From NCBI RefSeq assembly GCF_009914755.1, contig NC_060942.1: DNA of 64,000 nucleotides; one strand, 5' to 3'. Every line of letters starts with the position of its first letter. Position 1 is the stretch's first letter. The notes beneath the pieces are model-generated. The model was not told the origin of the DNA. It did not search any database and saw only the letters and a program-made list of their open reading frames with translations. Below, piece after piece: positions 58,913-64,000 of this stretch. The translations under genes and the position numbers were made by a program. The DNA is from the human T2T-CHM13v2.0 reference genome, Homo sapiens.

Positions 58913-59623
58913 TAATTTACACTCCCACTAACAGTGTAAAAGCATTTCATTTTCTCTGCAACCTCACCAGCATCTGTTGTTTCTTGATTTTTTAATAATC
59001 ACCATTCTGACTGGCATGAGATGGTATCTCATTGTGGAAGACAGTGTGGCGATTCCTCGAAGATCTAGAAGAAGAAATAACATTTGACTCAGCAATCCTA
59101 TTACTGGGTATGTACCCGAAGGAATATAAATCATTCTATTATAAAGATAAATGCATGTGTATATTCATTGCAGCACTATTTACAATAGCAAAGACATGGA
59201 ATCAACCCAAATGTCCATCAATAATAGACTGGATAAAGAAAATGTGGTACATATACACCATGGAATAAAAGGAACAAGATCATGTCTTTTTCAGGGACTA
59301 GGATGGAGCTGGAAGCCATTATCCTCAGCAAACTAATGCAGGAACAGGAAACCAAACACCACATGTTCTCACTTATAAGTGGGAACTGAATGATGAGAAC
59401 ACATGGACACATTGGGGGGAACAATACACACTCAGGCCTGTCAGGGGTGTGGGGGCAGGGAAAACATCAGGAAGAATAGCTAACGGATGCTGGGCTTAAT
59501 ACCTAGATGATGGGTTGATCTGTGCAGCAAACCACCACGACACACATTTACCTATGTAACAAACATGCACATTCTACACATGTACCCTGCAACTTAAAAT
59601 AAAAGTTAAAGAAAAAAACATGT
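58913..59623 (+). mobile_element. L1PA (approx. PA8-10) with 5' inversion (58913-59037 inverted)
   Basis: ORF2 C-terminal relic (ORF 59032-59268), 3'UTR and A tail; junction microhomology cattgtgg; TSD agtaattaatt at 58907 and 59624. Confidence 0.92.
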
Positions 59624-60694
59624 AGTAATTAATTCAGAAAGCAATAAGATTGAATAATAATTGAAGAAAAATCACCAACGCTTGAGAGAAATTGTTTAAC
59701 CATTTTAAAAAATATTTTTTGATGGAGAAGAAAGGAATAAGATGGCAGAGTGTCTCAAGGAAATCATTGTATTTTTTTGAAATTTTTACACCAAATAACT
59801 ATTTGGAACAACATTACCAGATGGAGATAATGGAACAGACTTCGGTAAATACAGAGAGCATGCTAGAGGTTGGTGGAAAGCGGGAGTTCAGAAATCAATA
59901 GAACTTTGTCAAATGTGAACTCCATTACAAAGAGAACTCTTTGTCAGGGGACAGGCTACTTTCTCCCTGGATGTCATCTTGTTAGGGCACTGGAGAGAAC
60001 ATTGGTAATGTTGAAAGGACCATCTTTTGGCTGATTTAAAAAAAAAAATCATACTAGTCTATCACTTCTTGAAACTGGTATTTTTATTTATGTATTTTTA
60101 TATTTCCAGCAGTTAGAGCAGTGCCTAGGTGCCACAAAATTTGTCTATGTTTGTGTATATGAATGAATGAGTGGATACAATCTGGGAAATACCAAAGTGA
60201 AAATAGTGTTTCTGCTTTTAGATCAAAGTTATCCAAAGTACTAAATTGGACAATTTTTATCAAATGCCTAAGCAGTAATTTATATTTTGTGAAATATGTT
60301 TAAGTAAGGAAAAACCCTGGATACCTCCTAAAATGTAATACTCTAATTTTTTAGAGAGAACGTTAGTGAACGTTTACTAAGAGGTTTCAGAACGAAAAGT
60401 GTTTGTTAGTTGTTAACTCTTTTAATTCCATTTTACCCTTTTTCACCTTCTTAAAGGCTTGAAGTTACTTAGCAGCCCCGGGAAGAAGGCTTTCTAATTA
60501 GACCTCCTTCCCCTCCCGCCTGCTTCTTCTCTGGGTGTGCAAAGCAATGTATGGAGTTCGTTTGTCATGGAATCATGAAAAAATAGAATTGGTTTGGAAA
60601 TGACTCTTCGAATGAATCTATCAATTTTCTGTCTGGTTTATGCTAGTTTCCTCATAGCATTATATTTTGGACCTAATGGAGTTTCAGGACCTAA

Positions 60695-60760
60695 GGAAGA
60701 ATGTGTTCTTAAATTTGGCACCCTAGGTTCCTCTCTGGCCTCTGCCTAGTCCTGGCTGTG
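60695..60760. mobile_element. MER96-like hAT end fragment
   Basis: cttaaatttggcaccctagg...cctagtcctggctgtg. Confidence 0.45.
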
Positions 60761-62769
60761 GGTGTTACCCAGGCAATGCTTTGATAATAAAGAAGACCAG
60801 GCTGAAGAAGAAGGAGCTGTTTGCCTGGAAGATCCTTAATTGCATTGTCTTACTCTCTGATCATGTCCTCCTTTTGATCAGCTACTCATTTGGTAGTTTT
60901 TGTTCACCACATTGTGAAGAAGGGAATGGAAAAATTACAGAATATCAGAATATGTCAAACAAGTTCTCAGGTTCTGAGCCAGTGAGTATTGGGGTGAACA
61001 ATGCTTTAGTTATGCCCTCTTCTTTTGCCTCCAACTACAAAGAGCTGGATATCTAGCAAGCCACTAGGGAAGTTTCTGAATGAGCCTTCTTTCTGTACGA
61101 GAGTAGTAACCTCTGCATAATACTAGACCCCGTGTAGCTGTAGTGCTGAAGAAACCCTCTGGGGATTGGTTGTGTAGTTGGAAAGTGTCAGTTTGGGGTG
61201 AGGGAGTTTATTCTCTCTTGCAAAAACACATGTGCTCTGTTTGAGAGTCCATGCATTGGCTGGTTATGAGGACAGTGCTGTAGGCTAAACTGTTCCACAA
61301 GGCACTCCCTGTACACTGGGAGTAGGGCTGGTTGGGTGTCTGTGATGACCTTTAGAGTTGACAGCAACTATTACTTGTGGAAATTAGAGCTATTTTCTAG
61401 TGATATGTTATATAGTTGTATATACTACCTATTACATGGCAGTGACCCTGAATATATCTTTATGTGTATATAGGTATGCATGCATCAACACTTTTTGTCA
61501 TTTAACGTGAGTGTGAAACCATGCATTTGTATGATTTAGTTGTGAATGGATGTGAGCACAGATATGAATGTGCTTACTTCATCTGTTCCCTCACCCACCC
61601 TCTTTCTCACCTCCTAGCTTAGATATCAAAGTATTTTGACGGTGCAAAACCCAAGAAGCAATGTGGCAGCTGCACATGCACTGAATTTGATTTGTATACC
61701 TCGGGGCAGCTTTGGGATCACTTAGAGGATGAAATAACAAAAACCCGAGATGATAAAAGAAGAGACAACCATTGGAAACAATTTATTGTTCGAATGGAAA
61801 ATGCAGTGCATTTTGCTAAAAACCTGTCCTTGACACCATTATCTTGTTAGGGATGCAGGAGCCTCTATTCCCACGCTAGGTTTGATTGTGTTGACAACAC
61901 ACCTGTGGCTTATAATCAATGACCCAGCTCTCAGGCAGTGAAGGTTTGTTTTTCAGAGAGAAAGATACAGATTTTTTAAAAAAATGTAAACACATCCAGA
62001 AGAATAGTTTAATGGGAGAAGATACGTGAATTTAGTAGAAGCATCAACCCCACCCACAAGGCAGAGTGAGGCAAACTAATGGCCATACAGTTTTTTTTCC
62101 AAAAAATGTGCATCTTTCCCCCTACCCTCAAATGTGACCCTTAATCTAATCTACCTTCTAAAGTGACCAACAATGAATCTGAGAGTGTGTGATGCAAGCC
62201 TCAAGGTCTCTATGTTCTATGCTGTTCTACTTTTGAGGGGGCTTTCACAAATAAGTAGTGCCCACAAATCAGCAATTTTTCAGCTGCTTATTAAACATAG
62301 TAGTGAGGCTGGAAACTATAGATGTGACTATATTCAACATTTCTATTTCTTCAGTGGAATAATTTTGCTGTATATTTAAAATTATGTTGTTCTTCTGTGA
62401 CATGTATACCAACTATTAGATTTTGCTTCATAACCCCACAAGGCTCTCCCTGTACATTGTGGGGGTGGGTGGGCATTCTCTTTTGACCTTTGGAGTTGAT
62501 AACAGCCATTACATGTGAAGGTTAGAGCTCTCTCTCTCTCTCTCTTTTTCCTTCACTTTTGAGGAAAGTTAACCAAGTTTGATTTCATCATCTGAATAAT
62601 GCCCTCAGTCAATGCCCTCCTTCCATCTGGGCTTTTGTAGCCTAAATGATGCTAACACCTTAGTCATTGTTTAGCTTAAACCTTATCCTCTCTCTCCCTG
62701 GATAGATCACAGGCTTTTGCAATAAGAAAACAATCACTTGGGATCAATGAAGCATATTTGGTTGCATCA

Positions 62770-63072
62770 TTTTTTTTTTTTTTTTTTTTTTGAGACGGAG
62801 TCTCGCTCTGTCATCCAGGCTGGAGTGCATGGCTCAATATTGGCTCACTGCAACCTCTGCCTCCTGAGTTCACACCATTCTCCTTCCTCAGCCTCTGGAG
62901 TAGCTGGGACTACAGGCGCCCGCCACCACGCCTGGATTTTTTTTTTGTGTTTTTAGTAAAGACGGGGTTTCACTATGTTAGCCAGGATGGTCTCGATCTC
63001 CTGACCTCGTGATCTGCCTGCCTCGGCCTCCCAAAGTGCTGGGATTACAGACATGAGCCACCATGCTGGGCC
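62770..63072 (-). mobile_element. AluY/Sc
   Basis: Poly(T), gagacggagtctcgctc...ttagccaggatggtctcgatctcctgacctcgtgatc. Confidence 0.92.
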
Positions 63073-64000
63073 TATATTTTTTAATCTAGATTATCCTTTA
63101 CAAACTTGCAGAGTTCACTGAGTAGAACCTAAAGAGAGTGAATACACTTTCTCAAATGGGTTTTTGGTTTTTACTGAGGATATCTATTATTGAGACTTTC
63201 TTATTTCCCTTACGATCCAAGCTGAAAGTTGTTGGACACTTTTATCTGAATTTTTTAAGTCAGAGCAGCTCCTCCAGAACAAGTATGTTCAGTTCCAATT
63301 TTAGCCCCTCGGTGCTTAGAAGTATTGGGAAGGAACTAGGTACTGATGATGTTTACTTGAACTGAATATATACAGCTATAAATGCTATATATATATATAT
63401 ATTCATGCATCTAAACAAAGAATTATTGATGAGAGGGGCAAGATACAAGAGAGATCTAAGAACACAGATAGGGCCAACATTAGACTGGCTGGAATAGGTC
63501 TTTTGAAACCAAGGAAATGAGATAATTTCCTGTAATGTAAACAAAAAAGAGAAAATGTACAATAACATAATATCAACTTTGAGCTGGCCATAATAAATTG
63601 TCTTGATTGAACAGCCTAAGACTCTACTGGACCCATTAGTCTTTAGTCAGAGCCAATCTTTTGTTCTGGTCTAGAAAGATTAATACATGAAATGGCTTGT
63701 TACCTAAAATGTTCATTTCACACAGCAGATGAGGAGTTTTGTATGAGAGAAGGGAAGTTGAAAGGTAGAAACAAATGTGTTACACTCCTTTTTTTCTCCT
63801 TCTCAATATTGATTTCCCAGCCATTGACCTCTGTCCAATGCCATGTCACTGACCCAGAACATTGACTTGTCTACATGTCATTGCCATCCCTCGATTTAAC
63901 AATCTGATACATGGCTGAAAGGCTGAAGGAGCGCCATGGGGCTTTTTTGGTCTTCTTGATCCCCCTTTGTGGTACGTGGTTGCCTTTTGACAAAAGAATG

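Noticed and set aside
63430-63950. Possible CR1-like relic at the window end
   Set aside because: Resemblance too weak to call without an alignment.

Overview
Primate genomic DNA (human or great ape: Alu, L1PA and LTR12C are all present). It covers about 29 kb upstream of DCC (netrin-1 receptor), its CpG-island promoter, exon 1 and the first ~34 kb of intron 1 on the + strand. Exon 1 encodes [30 protein letters not shown](G): ATG at 29669, 91 coding nt, donor G|GTAAGT at 29759/29760. This is the only protein-coding sequence I can support. The listed ORFs are L1 ORF2 relics, Alu/LTR read-throughs or chance ORFs in GC-rich DNA. The rest is interspersed repeats: L1PA (three 5'-inverted), Alu, a complete MLT1 MaLR provirus with TSD, MER21, MER57 and LTR12C solo LTRs, DNA-transposon MITEs, L2, MIR and CR1. 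I see no clearly new biological system. The leads most worth checking are a uORF-rich 5' leader with an overlapping ORF starting in a microsatellite, an antisense intronic LTR12C promoter, paired CTCF-like motifs, a fold-back inverted duplication and a re-used retrotransposon target site. Repeat subfamily calls come from recalled consensus sequences and need RepeatMasker/Dfam confirmation.
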